A stretch of DNA of 64,000 nucleotides from an uncultured Actinomycetes bacterium. Its GTDB lineage: Bacteria; Actinomycetota; Thermoleophilia; RBG-16-64-13. The notes below the pieces were generated by a model. That model had not been told where the DNA came from and ran no database searches. It was given only the letters and a program-made list of their open reading frames with translations. The position numbers and the translations under genes were made by a program. Every line of letters starts with the position of its first letter. The stretch's first letter is position 1. Positions 53,731 through 64,000 of the stretch are shown piece after piece. Location: positions 448,001 to 512,000 of the forward strand of contig CAVPLM010000005.1 in NCBI GenBank assembly GCA_963706025.1, written 5' to 3'.

Positions 53731-54640
53731 GACCGGCCGCCTCCCACAGAGCGGCCCGCATCTCCTGAGCCTCGCGCAAAGCCGCCGCCTTCCAATCCCC
53801 GGGATGGTTTCGATACGCGTAGAGAATAGCCCTAGCCGAATTCACCACCGCTCCGGTGCCGTTCCCATCAAAGAAACCCGAGAGATCCTCGGCCCTGGCT
53901 CCCTGGGCTCCATACCCAGGTATGAGCAGAGGCACGCCGGGCATCTGTCTTCTCAGAGCGGCTCCCTGCGCGGGATGCGTGCCTCCGACCACTGCGCCCA
54001 CTGCCCGGTAGCCCCAAGAACCCTCGCTTCCGACGCCCCAGATGTTCACTAGATCGGCGATGCGGCCGTATACCGGTCCGCCCGATAGGAGGTCCAGGTC
54101 CTGGATCTCTGCAGAGCTGGGATTGGACGTCTTGACCAGGACGAACACGCCTTTCCCCTCCTCCCGCGCCCTCCGCAAGAAGGGCTCCAACCCGTCCGCC
54201 CCGAAATACGGGTTCACGGTTACTGCATCGGCGCCGGCCACGTCGAGGTGGGCGTGGGCGTAGGCTTCGGCCGTGCTACCGATGTCGCCCCGCTTCACAT
54301 CGGCGATCACCAGGTATCCTAGATCTCTCGCCGCGGCGACCACGTCCTCGTATAGCCCATAGCCGCGAGCCCCCAAAGCCTCGAAATACGCTATCTGGAT
54401 CTTGACTGCTATCGCCTCCGAGCGCAGGCTTTGCAGCAGCGCATTCAAGAAGTCCCGATAGCACGCGACTTTCATCTCCTCTTCGGTGGCGTAGCGCGCC
54501 TGCTCGTGAGCGGCTCTGATCTGCGGAGGAAGCAGAGCATAGTCGGGGTCGAGGCCCACCACCACGTGCGAACGTTTGGTCTCGATCGCCTCCAAAAGGC
54601 GATCGGCAAAGTGCTCCCCGGTCGATCTTCCCTCGGTCAC
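53723..54640 (-). CDS. pyrF: Orotidine-5'-phosphate decarboxylase
   Basis: VGLDP, DVKRGDIGST, KTSNP, PGYGAQG and NSARAI. Confidence 0.94.
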   Translation of the reverse strand: MTEGRSTGEHFADRLLEAIETKRSHVVVGLDPDYALLPPQIRAAHEQARYATEEEMKVACYRDFLNALLQSLRSEAIAVKIQIAYFEALGARGYGLYEDVVAAARDLGYLVIADVKRGDIGSTAEAYAHAHLDVAGADAVTVNPYFGADGLEPFLRRAREEGKGVFVLVKTSNPSSAEIQDLDLLSGGPVYGRIADLVNIWGVGSEGSWGYRAVGAVVGGTHPAQGAALRRQMPGVPLLIPGYGAQGARAEDLSGFFDGNGTGAVVNSARAILYAYRNHPGDWKAAALREAQEMRAALWEAAGRV

Positions 54641-54688
54641 ACTACTTCACCTCGCTCGTCGCTTCGCGTTCCTCGCGTCACGGCTCGA

Positions 54689-54718
54689 CAAGAAAAAGGG
54701 GCCGCACGAGGCGGCCCC
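54689..54718 (-). terminator. Intrinsic terminator after hup
   Basis: GGGGCCGC-CTCGT-GCGGCCCC followed by TTTTTCTT. Confidence 0.8.
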
Positions 54719-54743
54719 ATCGGATACTGCCGTGAACGTGGAA

Positions 54744-55016
54744 CTACTTGACGGCGTTCTTGAGAGCCAGGCCCGCGCTGAACTTGGGGACGTTGCTGGC
54801 CGGGATCTTGATCTTGGCCTTGGTCTGCGGGTTGATACCGTCCCTGGCCTGACGTTTCTGTACGTAGAACTTGCCGAAACCGGTGAACTGAACGTCTTCC
54901 CCCTTCTTCAGCGAGTCTGTGACCACCTCCACGAACGCGTCCACCATACTGGCTGCGTCTTTCTTGGTGAAGCCACCCTTTGCTGCAAGCTTGTCCACAA
55001 AATCAGCCTTGGTCAC
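54744..55016 (-). CDS. hup: DNA-binding protein HU
   Basis: GTG start with SD GGGAGG; TKADFV, GFGKF, GINPQT and PKFSAG; 90 aa. Confidence 0.95.
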   Translation of the reverse strand: MTKADFVDKLAAKGGFTKKDAASMVDAFVEVVTDSLKKGEDVQFTGFGKFYVQKRQARDGINPQTKAKIKIPASNVPKFSAGLALKNAVK

Positions 55017-55116
55017 AGCTACCTCCCTTTGTCCGCGCGGTACATCTTTACCATAGCAAACACGCCGAGTCCCGCACAAGCGGTTTTTGCCCGTTCCAGG
55101 GCAAGAAACCCCGATT

Positions 55117-55665
55117 TCATCGAGGAACCGCGATCCCCAGTCCGGAGGAGGTGAACAGAGGGCGCAAGACAAGCCCCGCGGCGGCACAAGCGTCGATGCC
55201 GCCTTCCTCTCGATCCACCACGCAGTACAGGTCTCTTACCACGAGTCCGGCCTCGCGCAGCGCCTCTGTCGCCATGATGGCGGCACCACCCGAGGTCACG
55301 ATATCCTCCACCAGAGCGACCCTCTCCCCCTCAGCATAGCGCCCCTCGATACGCTTGCCCGTCCCATACTCTTTCGACAGCTTCCTGACCAGGAGCAACG
55401 GTAGCCCCAATTCGAGAGAGAGCCCCGCTCCCAGGACCACGCCGCCCAGCTCCGGAGCCGCCAGGCGCTGGTATTCCTCGCCGAGAGCCAGTTGATTACG
55501 GATCATCATGGCCAACTCGTAGACGATCCCCCGCAGGACGTGAGGTTCCGTCTCGAAGAGATACTTGTCCAGGTAGTACCTACTGCGCTTCCCGGACCGG
55601 AGGACGAAGTCCCCCTCCAGGTAGGCCGTATCCAGCAGCAGGCGTCCTAAGGCTTCCTTATCCAC
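55117..55665 (-). CDS. pyrE: Orotate phosphoribosyltransferase
   Basis: FVLRSGKRSRYYLD, RK..KEYG, PRPP motif VEDIVTSGG and VVDREEG. Confidence 0.92.
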   Translation of the reverse strand: MDKEALGRLLLDTAYLEGDFVLRSGKRSRYYLDKYLFETEPHVLRGIVYELAMMIRNQLALGEEYQRLAAPELGGVVLGAGLSLELGLPLLLVRKLSKEYGTGKRIEGRYAEGERVALVEDIVTSGGAAIMATEALREAGLVVRDLYCVVDREEGGIDACAAAGLVLRPLFTSSGLGIAVPR

Positions 55666-55715
55666 ATTTCACCCCGCGTCTGTCCTGATCACCACGACGC
55701 ATACTACTCGAGAAC

Positions 55716-57107
55716 TCACGCCCCGGATACCGCTATCCCCTGAACGGCCAGAGAGGGCACGTGAGCACTGCCGTACAATGGGATCCAACGGGCATCACCT
55801 GCCACTTCGCTCACCGAACCGAGCAGATGGGCGAAATCGGTCGCTACCGTCACCTCCCGCACCGGCCTGCCCAAGTCTCCACCTTCGATAAGGCGACCGG
55901 TGGCTCCTACGGATATCTCACCGCTGATGGCGTTGACACCTGAGTGGACGCCGGAGACGCTTTCCACGTAGAGCCCCTCACCCAGTCGCGAGAACACGGT
56001 CTCAAGGCTCCCTTGACCGCCTGGAACGACCAGATTGGTGGCGCGGACCCCTGGGAGCGTGCGATACGAGCCCCGACCCGCGTTGCCCGTGGAAAGAGTC
56101 TCTCCGCCTTCTTTACGAGCTGTGTAGCTACTGTGCAGATACGAGCGCAGCAGACCGGAGTCGATGAGGAGGGTAGCCTGCTGCGGTACGCCTTCCCCAT
56201 CGAAGGGATTGGTGGCCATGCCATCCATCGCGAGGCCGTCGTCCAAGAGCGTGACAAGAGAGGAAGCCACGGTCTGACCCAGCCGCCCCGCGAACACCGA
56301 CCGCCCCTTCTGTACCGCTTCCGCGCTCAGCGCGGGAATGATGCTGGATAGCAGTGCAGCCACCACCTCGCGATCGAAGACCACCGTGTACAACCCGGTC
56401 GGACAGGGTCTGGCCCCCAGCAGCACTTGCGCCTTCTCGGCAGCCTCCTCGCCCGCGGTCTCCGGGCGGAGTTCGGAGGGCTCCCGACCCGAGCTGAGAC
56501 CCAGCCCGGACTGCCGTTCACCGTCACGGCCGGCGTGAGCCAGGACATACAGGTAGCAGAACGACTGGTCGGCTTCTGCCTCGACCCCGGTGGTGGACAC
56601 GACGGCGATCCGGGTCTCGCTGTCTGCGTACACGCTCTCTTCGACTGCCTCGATTTCCTTACAGGACAGGGCGGCCGATTCGGCCCGGAGGGCCAACTCG
56701 ATCTTGCCCTCCACGGTCGTCCCCGAGACCCCCGCCCGCCAAAGACCCTCGACCCTCGGGTAGGGTCCGTCGGGCCGCGAAGGTAACTCGACAAAAGGGT
56801 CTGGGTCGGTGGCCGACGCCGCGGAAGCCGCTTCGGCGAGCACCCGGTCGACACCGCCAGGACTGAGGTCCGCGGTGAAAGCATAGCCTTTCCGGCCGTC
56901 GCGGACGGCCCGTACTCCCATTCCCCGGGGCTCGGCCACCGTGACTGATTCCACCTCGCGGCCGTAGGTCTTGACCGTCACAGTCCGCCCGAACTCGACG
57001 TAGATCTCCAGCTCGAACCCCAGTCCCGGGCCTCGCTCCATCGCTGCCCGGGCCACCGCGAGGGGAGCCCCCGACGACCAGCCGCTTGAGGCGCCGGCGC
57101 CGCTCAT
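55716..57107 (-). CDS. pmbA: TldE/PmbA family protein
   Basis: PFDGEGVP, STGNAGR and SGEIS; no HExxxH; ATG overlaps the tldD stop. Confidence 0.88.
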   Translation of the reverse strand: MSGAGASSGWSSGAPLAVARAAMERGPGLGFELEIYVEFGRTVTVKTYGREVESVTVAEPRGMGVRAVRDGRKGYAFTADLSPGGVDRVLAEAASAASATDPDPFVELPSRPDGPYPRVEGLWRAGVSGTTVEGKIELALRAESAALSCKEIEAVEESVYADSETRIAVVSTTGVEAEADQSFCYLYVLAHAGRDGERQSGLGLSSGREPSELRPETAGEEAAEKAQVLLGARPCPTGLYTVVFDREVVAALLSSIIPALSAEAVQKGRSVFAGRLGQTVASSLVTLLDDGLAMDGMATNPFDGEGVPQQATLLIDSGLLRSYLHSSYTARKEGGETLSTGNAGRGSYRTLPGVRATNLVVPGGQGSLETVFSRLGEGLYVESVSGVHSGVNAISGEISVGATGRLIEGGDLGRPVREVTVATDFAHLLGSVSEVAGDARWIPLYGSAHVPSLAVQGIAVSGA

Positions 57108-58516
57108 CAGAGACTGGTACCGCCGACGGTGAGTTCGCGGATACGGATGGTCGGCTGACCGGTCCCGACAGGCACGCTCTGTCCCTCTTTGCCGCACATC
57201 CCCGCTTTGACATCCAGATCGTCGGCAACGGCGTCGATGCCCCGCAGCACCTCCGGGCCGTTGCCGACCAGAGTCGCGCCTCGTACCGGCCCACCTACCC
57301 TGCCGTTCTCGATCAGATAGCCTTCCGCCACCCCGAAGACGAAATCCCCGGTGACGGGGTTGACCTGGCCACCAGACAAGGACTTCGCGTATAGCGCCCG
57401 GGGCGTGTCGGCGATCATCTCTTCGGGCGTGGGTTCGCCTGGGCCGAAGTAGGTGTTGGTCATACGCGGATAGGGCAGATGACGATAGTCCTGCCGGCGA
57501 CCGTTCCCCGTCAGCGGCAGTCCCAGATGACCGCCCCGAAGGCGGTCGGTCAGGTACCCCGTGAGTATCCCGGCTTCGATCAGAGTCGTGCGCCGGCTGG
57601 GAGTGCCCTCATCGTCATACCTGGCGCTCCCCCACATGCCGGGCCCCGTCCCATCGTCGAAGGCGAACACGTGAGCCTCAGCCACTCGCGTCCCCTTTTT
57701 GCCCTCCCAGACGCTGGCCTTCTTCAGGATATAGTCGGCTTCCAGTCCGTGGCCGCAGGCCTCGTGAAAGAGGACTCCTCCAAAGCCGTTGGCGAGTACC
57801 ACCGGCATCCGACCGGCCGGAGCCGGTCGTGAGTCGAGCATGACGAGCGCCTTCTCGGCAGCCGCGGTGGCCACGGCGACGACGGCCTCATCCTGCGGCA
57901 ATCCGAAGCTTCCCTGGTAGGCGAGTGTCTCCCTTCCGGTCTGGATGAGGCCGTCGCGCGCCGCCATGACGGTCACGGCGATCGTCACCCGAGTCCTCGT
58001 ATCGCCGGCCAGCGAGCCGTGAGAGCCGGCGATCCACACCCTCTGCAGGCTCTCCCCGTAGGACGCGATCACCTGGCGCACCTCGGTCGAGAGCCCCCGC
58101 GCGACCTCGTCGACGAGATGCAGCAGCCGCGCCTTGGCCGTCACCTCCGTTGCCCCAGGGTCTCCAGTTCCGTCCTCACGCGGCCCGGAACGGCTGACAG
58201 CAAGGGTGCCGACCGCTCCAGGGGAGCCTGTCTGTGAGCGGCTCAGCTCTACAGCCAGAGAAAGCAGAGATCCGTCGTCGACGGCGTCCACATAGCCGAA
58301 CGCCGTGGAAAGTCCGCGTATCAAACGCACGGAGCCGCCCCTATCCACACCGGATACGGCGTCTTCGATCTTGCCGTCCTCCAGACGCAGAGCCAGGGAC
58401 TGGCGCTCCTCGACGTACAACTCGGCCGAATCCCCGCCCTTCTGCAGGGCTTTGCGCAGGACCGCAGCCCCGAACTCGGCGGTCAAGCCGGGGAACAGCG
58501 CATCAGCAGCGCTCAT
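57107..58516 (-). CDS. tldD: TldD metalloprotease
   Basis: HEACGHGLEAD, DDEG, TGNGRR, PRMTNT and CGKEGQSVPV. Confidence 0.93.
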   Translation of the reverse strand: MSAADALFPGLTAEFGAAVLRKALQKGGDSAELYVEERQSLALRLEDGKIEDAVSGVDRGGSVRLIRGLSTAFGYVDAVDDGSLLSLAVELSRSQTGSPGAVGTLAVSRSGPREDGTGDPGATEVTAKARLLHLVDEVARGLSTEVRQVIASYGESLQRVWIAGSHGSLAGDTRTRVTIAVTVMAARDGLIQTGRETLAYQGSFGLPQDEAVVAVATAAAEKALVMLDSRPAPAGRMPVVLANGFGGVLFHEACGHGLEADYILKKASVWEGKKGTRVAEAHVFAFDDGTGPGMWGSARYDDEGTPSRRTTLIEAGILTGYLTDRLRGGHLGLPLTGNGRRQDYRHLPYPRMTNTYFGPGEPTPEEMIADTPRALYAKSLSGGQVNPVTGDFVFGVAEGYLIENGRVGGPVRGATLVGNGPEVLRGIDAVADDLDVKAGMCGKEGQSVPVGTGQPTIRIRELTVGGTSL

Positions 58517-58533
58517 GCGCGCCTGAGCGTATA

Positions 58534-58749
58534 TCAGTTGGCGACGGGGTTGGCGGCCAGTATCTCCGCGGCGACGCTCATGAACGGCTCGGCTTCGGCG
58601 GTATTGCCCGGCATAGCCAGCATGGAACCGTCATCGAAGTACAGTTCCACCTGAGGCTTCCGAGGCCGCATGACAAGGAAGTAGTAGCCTCCTGCAGCCA
58701 TGCTGCCGAGAAGAGTCACTACGCCCAACGCTTTAACCACGGGCTTCAT
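58534..58749 (-). CDS. Small single-TM hypothetical protein
   Basis: ATG abuts the upstream stop, with SD GAGGAGG; N-terminal TM then VELYFDDGSM. Confidence 0.7.
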   Translation of the reverse strand: MKPVVKALGVVTLLGSMAAGGYYFLVMRPRKPQVELYFDDGSMLAMPGNTAEAEPFMSVAAEILAANPVAN

Positions 58750-59148
58750 CTAGGCCTCCTCGCAGCCTTGGACTTCGGCACTCTCTACACTCAGGGCTTC
58801 CCGAGCGTCCCGCAGGCAGGTCTTGAGGTCGTATAGGACCAGGCCGACACGGCTGCTCTTTTTGCCCGTGGCCAAAATGGCCATCCCCCCGGGCGCCGTT
58901 TCGCGGGCCAGGAACACCATTCCGCCAGCGGCCTCCACCACCAGCTGCGTGAGAGGCTGAGAGCACATCTCGGTCGCGCGCAGATCGCCTAGTCGTATGA
59001 GCTCCTCCGCCTGCGCGACCGCGGCGTCATGAGCTTCGGGCGCCATATTGGAGGCCAGTATCTCGCCCGGGCCCAAAAGCACCGCCCTGTCTATGTCGGT
59101 AGAGATGTCCAGCATCTCCGAGAACGCGGCCTGCACTTCTTCCTTCAT
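58750..59148 (-). CDS. Roadblock/LC7 (MglB-like) domain protein
   Basis: SD AAGGAGG; pattern IDRAVLL..GEILAS, LTQLVVE..GGMVFL, VGLVLYDLK. Confidence 0.7.
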   Translation of the reverse strand: MKEEVQAAFSEMLDISTDIDRAVLLGPGEILASNMAPEAHDAAVAQAEELIRLGDLRATEMCSQPLTQLVVEAAGGMVFLARETAPGGMAILATGKKSSRVGLVLYDLKTCLRDAREALSVESAEVQGCEEA

Positions 59149-59189
59149 CAGCGCCTCCTTGCCCGGTCACTATCTGCCACTGAAGACCC

Positions 59190-59216
59190 TTTCCCAGTTT
59201 ACCATCGCTTCTAAAC
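59190..59216 (-). promoter_or_regulatory. Putative SigB/SigF-type promoter of the roadblock-tldDE unit
   Basis: GTTT-N17-GGGAAA, 41 nt upstream of the ATG; same geometry as at sodB. Confidence 0.5.
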
Positions 59217-59230
59217 GATCCTCGGGACAA

Positions 59231-59290
59231 CAAGAAAGGGGCCATCGCGTTCCGAACGTCCGCTATGGACGCCACGAACGCGATGGCCCC
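59231..59290 (-). terminator. Long intrinsic terminator after groEL
   Basis: 15-bp stem GGGGCCATCGCGTTC/GAACGCGATGGCCCC with an inner CGTCC/GGACG hairpin, then TTTCTTGTT. Confidence 0.8.
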
Positions 59291-59339
59291 GAACCGGTCG
59301 ACCGTCTCCTCGACGCTCGACCGGTTGGAGACGACTTCT

Positions 59340-60983
<1,644 letters not shown>

Positions 60984-61047
60984 CTATGAAGCACAGTGTT
61001 GTTCATCAAGATCGCGCCCCGTTCAGAGAACGGAGGCTGTCCCTCAG

Positions 61048-61344
61048 TTATCCTTCGGGCAGTACGCCGATGATATCGGTCATAGCCCGCAGGACCAGGT
61101 AGTCCTCACCGTCCAGCTTGACCTCGGTGCCCGCGTACTTGGCGAACACGATGATGTCGCCTTCCTTCACCGGCATCGGGAGGAGGTCACCCTTCTCCGA
61201 ATACTTGCCGGGGCCTGCCGCGACGACTTTTCCTTTCGACGGCTTCTCTTTGGCCGTGTCCGGGAGGACGATACCGCTTTTGGTCGTCTCTTCCTGCTCC
61301 AGGACCTTGACAACGACCCTGTCCTCGAGTGGCACTAGTTTCAT
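61048..61344 (-). CDS. groS: Co-chaperonin GroES
   Basis: [23 protein letters not shown] and KYAGTEV; ATG 61344 with SD GGAGG. Confidence 0.97.
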   Translation of the reverse strand: MKLVPLEDRVVVKVLEQEETTKSGIVLPDTAKEKPSKGKVVAAGPGKYSEKGDLLPMPVKEGDIIVFAKYAGTEVKLDGEDYLVLRAMTDIIGVLPEG

Positions 61345-61423
61345 GCACAATCCTCCTGTTTCTTGCTCTTGACGCTCTACCGGCTGATGCCTCGACGAGG
61401 CTGCTACAACCCACTTCGCACGA

Positions 61424-61450
61424 TTGGCACTCTTCAACCGCGAGTGCCAA
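61424..61450. promoter_or_regulatory. CIRCE element (HrcA operator)
   Basis: TTGGCACTC-N9-GAGTGCCAA, just downstream of promoter TTGACA-N17-TAATAT (61488-61460). Confidence 0.93.
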
Positions 61451-61532
61451 CCGCCGCATATATTATGCTCGGACTCAGGATTTGTCAAACATCCAGGCCA
61501 GGTAGCCGGCAGTCTGAACTTGAGTTTGCCAG

Positions 61533-62999
61533 TCAGGCCCCGCTGGACCATTCACCCAGGGCGAGGGAAGCCGCAGCGTCGATCCCCAGGTAGGTGGGAT
61601 ACTGAAGCCTCGGGCCGCTGAGCGCCGCCGCTCCGATCATGGCCGCATTGTCGGTGCAGTAGGCTAGAGGCGGCACCACCACATGAAGCCCGGCCCCCTC
61701 CCCAGCTTCCAGCAGCCGGCGGCGCAACAGTGAGTTGGCCGCCACTCCTCCTGCCACCGCGAGGGTCTTCACTTTCTCTCGCTCCGCCGACAGGAGGGCC
61801 TTGCTCACGAGCGCGGTGACTATGGCCTGCCGGTACGACGCGGCCACGTCAGCCGCCCTTGCGATGCGCTCCTCGGCGGTCATGTCACGCAGAAGGTAGT
61901 AGAGCGCCGTCTTCACTCCCGAGAACGAGAAGTCAGGCCGGGGCGAACGCTTCAGCCCTATAGGGAAGGCAAAGGCCCCTGGGTCACCTTTCTCCGCCAG
62001 TTCGTCCAACTCCCGTCCGCCGGGATAACCCAGCCCCAGCAGGCGGGCTCCCTTGTCGAACGCTTCGCCGGCGGCGTCGTCGAGGGTCTGCCCCAGCAGC
62101 CGGAACGTCCGCCGGTCATCCACCCGGATGAGGGCGGTGTGGCCACCCGAAGCCACCAGCGTCACCATGGGGAATAGGGCCTGCTGATCCGCCAGCCACA
62201 CGGCTGCGAGGTGGCCATGAATGTGATTGACGGGGAAGAAAGGCAGCCGCCGGCTCCACGCTATGGTCTTCGCCGTCTGGACCCCCACGAGCAGCGCCCC
62301 GATCAGCCCCGGCCCCACGGTGGCAGCCACCGCGCCAAGATCGGCGATCCCGCAGCCGGCCTGGCGCAGGGCTTCGCGCACGACCGCGGTCATCCGCTCA
62401 ACGTGCGCACGGCTTGCCACCTCAGGGACCACACCGCCGTAACGCGCATGTATAGCGTCCTGGGAATGCACCACCGACGCCAGCACGTCTCCCTCCGCAG
62501 TGAGTACTGCAGCCGCGGTGTCGTCACATGAAGTCTCTATCGCGAGCACGGGCCCTGAAAGCCGTTCGCGGAGCATCACGACCGCGTCCTCCTGAGTGTC
62601 GCTGTAGTAGCCGCGCCGGGTCGCGATGCTCCGGAATCCCACTCCTCCGTACATCGCCACCGCCGCCTCGTTCCCTGGGCGGACTTCCAGGACCACCTCC
62701 ATGCCGGCCGCGTCGGCAGCGCGCAAGAAACGGGCGAGCAAACGTCCTCCCGCGCCTCGCCGCCGATGGGCGGGCGCAACGGCCAGGTCCATGAGGTGCC
62801 ACACATCTGGATAGCGACGGCCGATGATAAAGCCGATCACTTCGCCGCCCGGTTCGACTGCCACCTCTCTCCAACTCAGATCGTGCGATAGCTCCTCCCG
62901 GAACATCTCCTCGGTCCAAGGTAGATTGAAGGATGCAGCCTCGATGGAGACCACGGCCGCCAGGTCCTCAGCGCGCATGTCCCGTGACGAGGTGTCCAC
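61533..62999 (-). CDS. tsaD: Fused RimI N-acetyltransferase / TsaD t6A transferase
   Basis: GNAT domain ([25 protein letters not shown]) joined in frame to [20 protein letters not shown] and CTDNAAMI. Confidence 0.92.
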   Translation of the reverse strand: MDTSSRDMRAEDLAAVVSIEAASFNLPWTEEMFREELSHDLSWREVAVEPGGEVIGFIIGRRYPDVWHLMDLAVAPAHRRRGAGGRLLARFLRAADAAGMEVVLEVRPGNEAAVAMYGGVGFRSIATRRGYYSDTQEDAVVMLRERLSGPVLAIETSCDDTAAAVLTAEGDVLASVVHSQDAIHARYGGVVPEVASRAHVERMTAVVREALRQAGCGIADLGAVAATVGPGLIGALLVGVQTAKTIAWSRRLPFFPVNHIHGHLAAVWLADQQALFPMVTLVASGGHTALIRVDDRRTFRLLGQTLDDAAGEAFDKGARLLGLGYPGGRELDELAEKGDPGAFAFPIGLKRSPRPDFSFSGVKTALYYLLRDMTAEERIARAADVAASYRQAIVTALVSKALLSAEREKVKTLAVAGGVAANSLLRRRLLEAGEGAGLHVVVPPLAYCTDNAAMIGAAALSGPRLQYPTYLGIDAAASLALGEWSSGA

Positions 63000-63005
63000 G
63001 CGGCT

Positions 63006-63983
63006 CTACCTACCGCTGGATCCGTCGGCCCACGGATCCCTCATTCGTGTGATGTGTATGTCGGCGTCCGGAGACCGAACGTATATGGGCGTCACCGACT
63101 CAGGAGTACCGGGAGCGCCGCTGCCTCTGCAAACACCGCCGGCCGGCTCTCCGGCCGACGTCGTCCCACCCGTGACAAGCGCTTCCCGGAGCCAACCCGT
63201 CAACCGGCTCCCTTCGGGAAGCCGGCCCGGTTCTTCCAGCCTCTCCTGCCCGATCACCAGGTACTGGGCGGCGGCATCACGGCCGACAAACACGACGCCC
63301 GGCGGAAGCTTCTCCGGACGCAGCAGCTCCTCACCCACGACGACGGTGTTCCCTCCCGCGACCAAGTCGCCTAACTCTCCACGATCACAGACGCCGAACT
63401 CGGTCGTGCGTGCCCAAAGACCCTGGGCCGCTCGGTTGTCCGCTTCGGTCGGTCGATAGAGGCCGTAGAAGAGCTGGCCCCGACGCGCCTCAACCACCGG
63501 AACGATCGCCTTCGCCCTTTCGACCGAAGGAGACTGCGCGGCGTCTTTCGAGGCCGAGGTCGGTCGCCCCGTCGCCACCTCGCTCGCCGCCACAGCCGCC
63601 AGAGCCCCGAGGGTGCTCACGCCCGCCACCGGCGTTCCCAGGGCCAGACTCAACGCTCGCGCGGTGGCGACCGTGACCCTCACCCCTGTGAAAGTTCCAG
63701 GCCCCCTGCCTACCACGACGGCCCCCAGGTCTTCCGGCCGGCGACCGGCTTGCTCCAGCATCTCGTCTACGAGGACGAGCAGTGCCCTAGCCTGCGCCCG
63801 GCCGTCCGGCTCTGAGCGCCAGGCGACTACTTGGAAGGGACCGCCCTCGCCGCCCCCACCCCGACCGATGGCAGACCCAGGACGCATGTCTCCGAGGACG
63901 GCGCGAGGCTCGAGCAATCTGAGCAGTGCCGCGCTGCAGACTCCCGTAGAGCCGTCCAGGGCCAACACCAGTCGCTCATACAT
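63006..63983 (-). CDS. tsaB: tRNA threonylcarbamoyladenosine biosynthesis protein TsaB (with low-complexity insertions)
   Basis: VLALDGST, GPGTFTGVR, EARRG and PIYVR..DA. Confidence 0.9.
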   Translation of the reverse strand: MYERLVLALDGSTGVCSAALLRLLEPRAVLGDMRPGSAIGRGGGGEGGPFQVVAWRSEPDGRAQARALLVLVDEMLEQAGRRPEDLGAVVVGRGPGTFTGVRVTVATARALSLALGTPVAGVSTLGALAAVAASEVATGRPTSASKDAAQSPSVERAKAIVPVVEARRGQLFYGLYRPTEADNRAAQGLWARTTEFGVCDRGELGDLVAGGNTVVVGEELLRPEKLPPGVVFVGRDAAAQYLVIGQERLEEPGRLPEGSRLTGWLREALVTGGTTSAGEPAGGVCRGSGAPGTPESVTPIYVRSPDADIHITRMRDPWADGSSGR

Positions 63984-64000
63984 GGGTGCCGCCCGACCTT

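Overview
A GC-rich, gene-dense core-chromosome segment, mostly encoded on the minus strand. It is probably from an anaerobic or facultative Actinomycetota, Thermoleophilia-like. That assignment is inference from whiA, GAAC-N4-GTTC SOS boxes, CIRCE-groESL, leaderless promoters, gpmI and a HydABC-like complex. Content in order: metXW, nadE, PMM/PGM, tRNA-Asn, lexA, tRNA-Leu, a Lon-like protease, a NuoE/NuoF/FdhA-like trimer, lipA-larC, murI-rph-rdgB, an MFS transporter, Fe-SOD, a cDPG-synthetase-like GTPase, RNase P RNA, opp ABC, secG, gap-pgk-tpi-gpmI, uvrC-ogt-rapZ-whiA, acyl-CoA dehydrogenase plus M42 peptidase, uvrA-hflX, prsW, tRNA-Ala, dac-pfkB-guaA-rsfS, pyrF, HU, pyrE, tldD/E, groESL and tsaB with a rimI-tsaD fusion. 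I found no mobile element, prophage or CRISPR array. Eight single-base frameshifts, several in essential genes, point to assembly indel errors. They split nadE, lexA, lon, fdhA, tpiA and dac, and create a false murI-rph fusion. The best candidate for an undescribed system is the trimer at 8723-13857: it keeps an electron-bifurcating-type HydBC module, but its formate-dehydrogenase-like subunit has lost the Mo/W-ligating Cys/Sec-His (now Trp-Gln), and it lies just downstream of a translationally coupled larC-lipA pair. Other items worth checking are a Cys-rich ORF coupled to lexA, a small HTH gene in frame at the end of hflX, a 4x17-bp repeat with a SigB/SigF-like promoter before sodB, an orphan roadblock gene with a small membrane gene before tldDE, and an enlarged P19-region helix in RNase P RNA.
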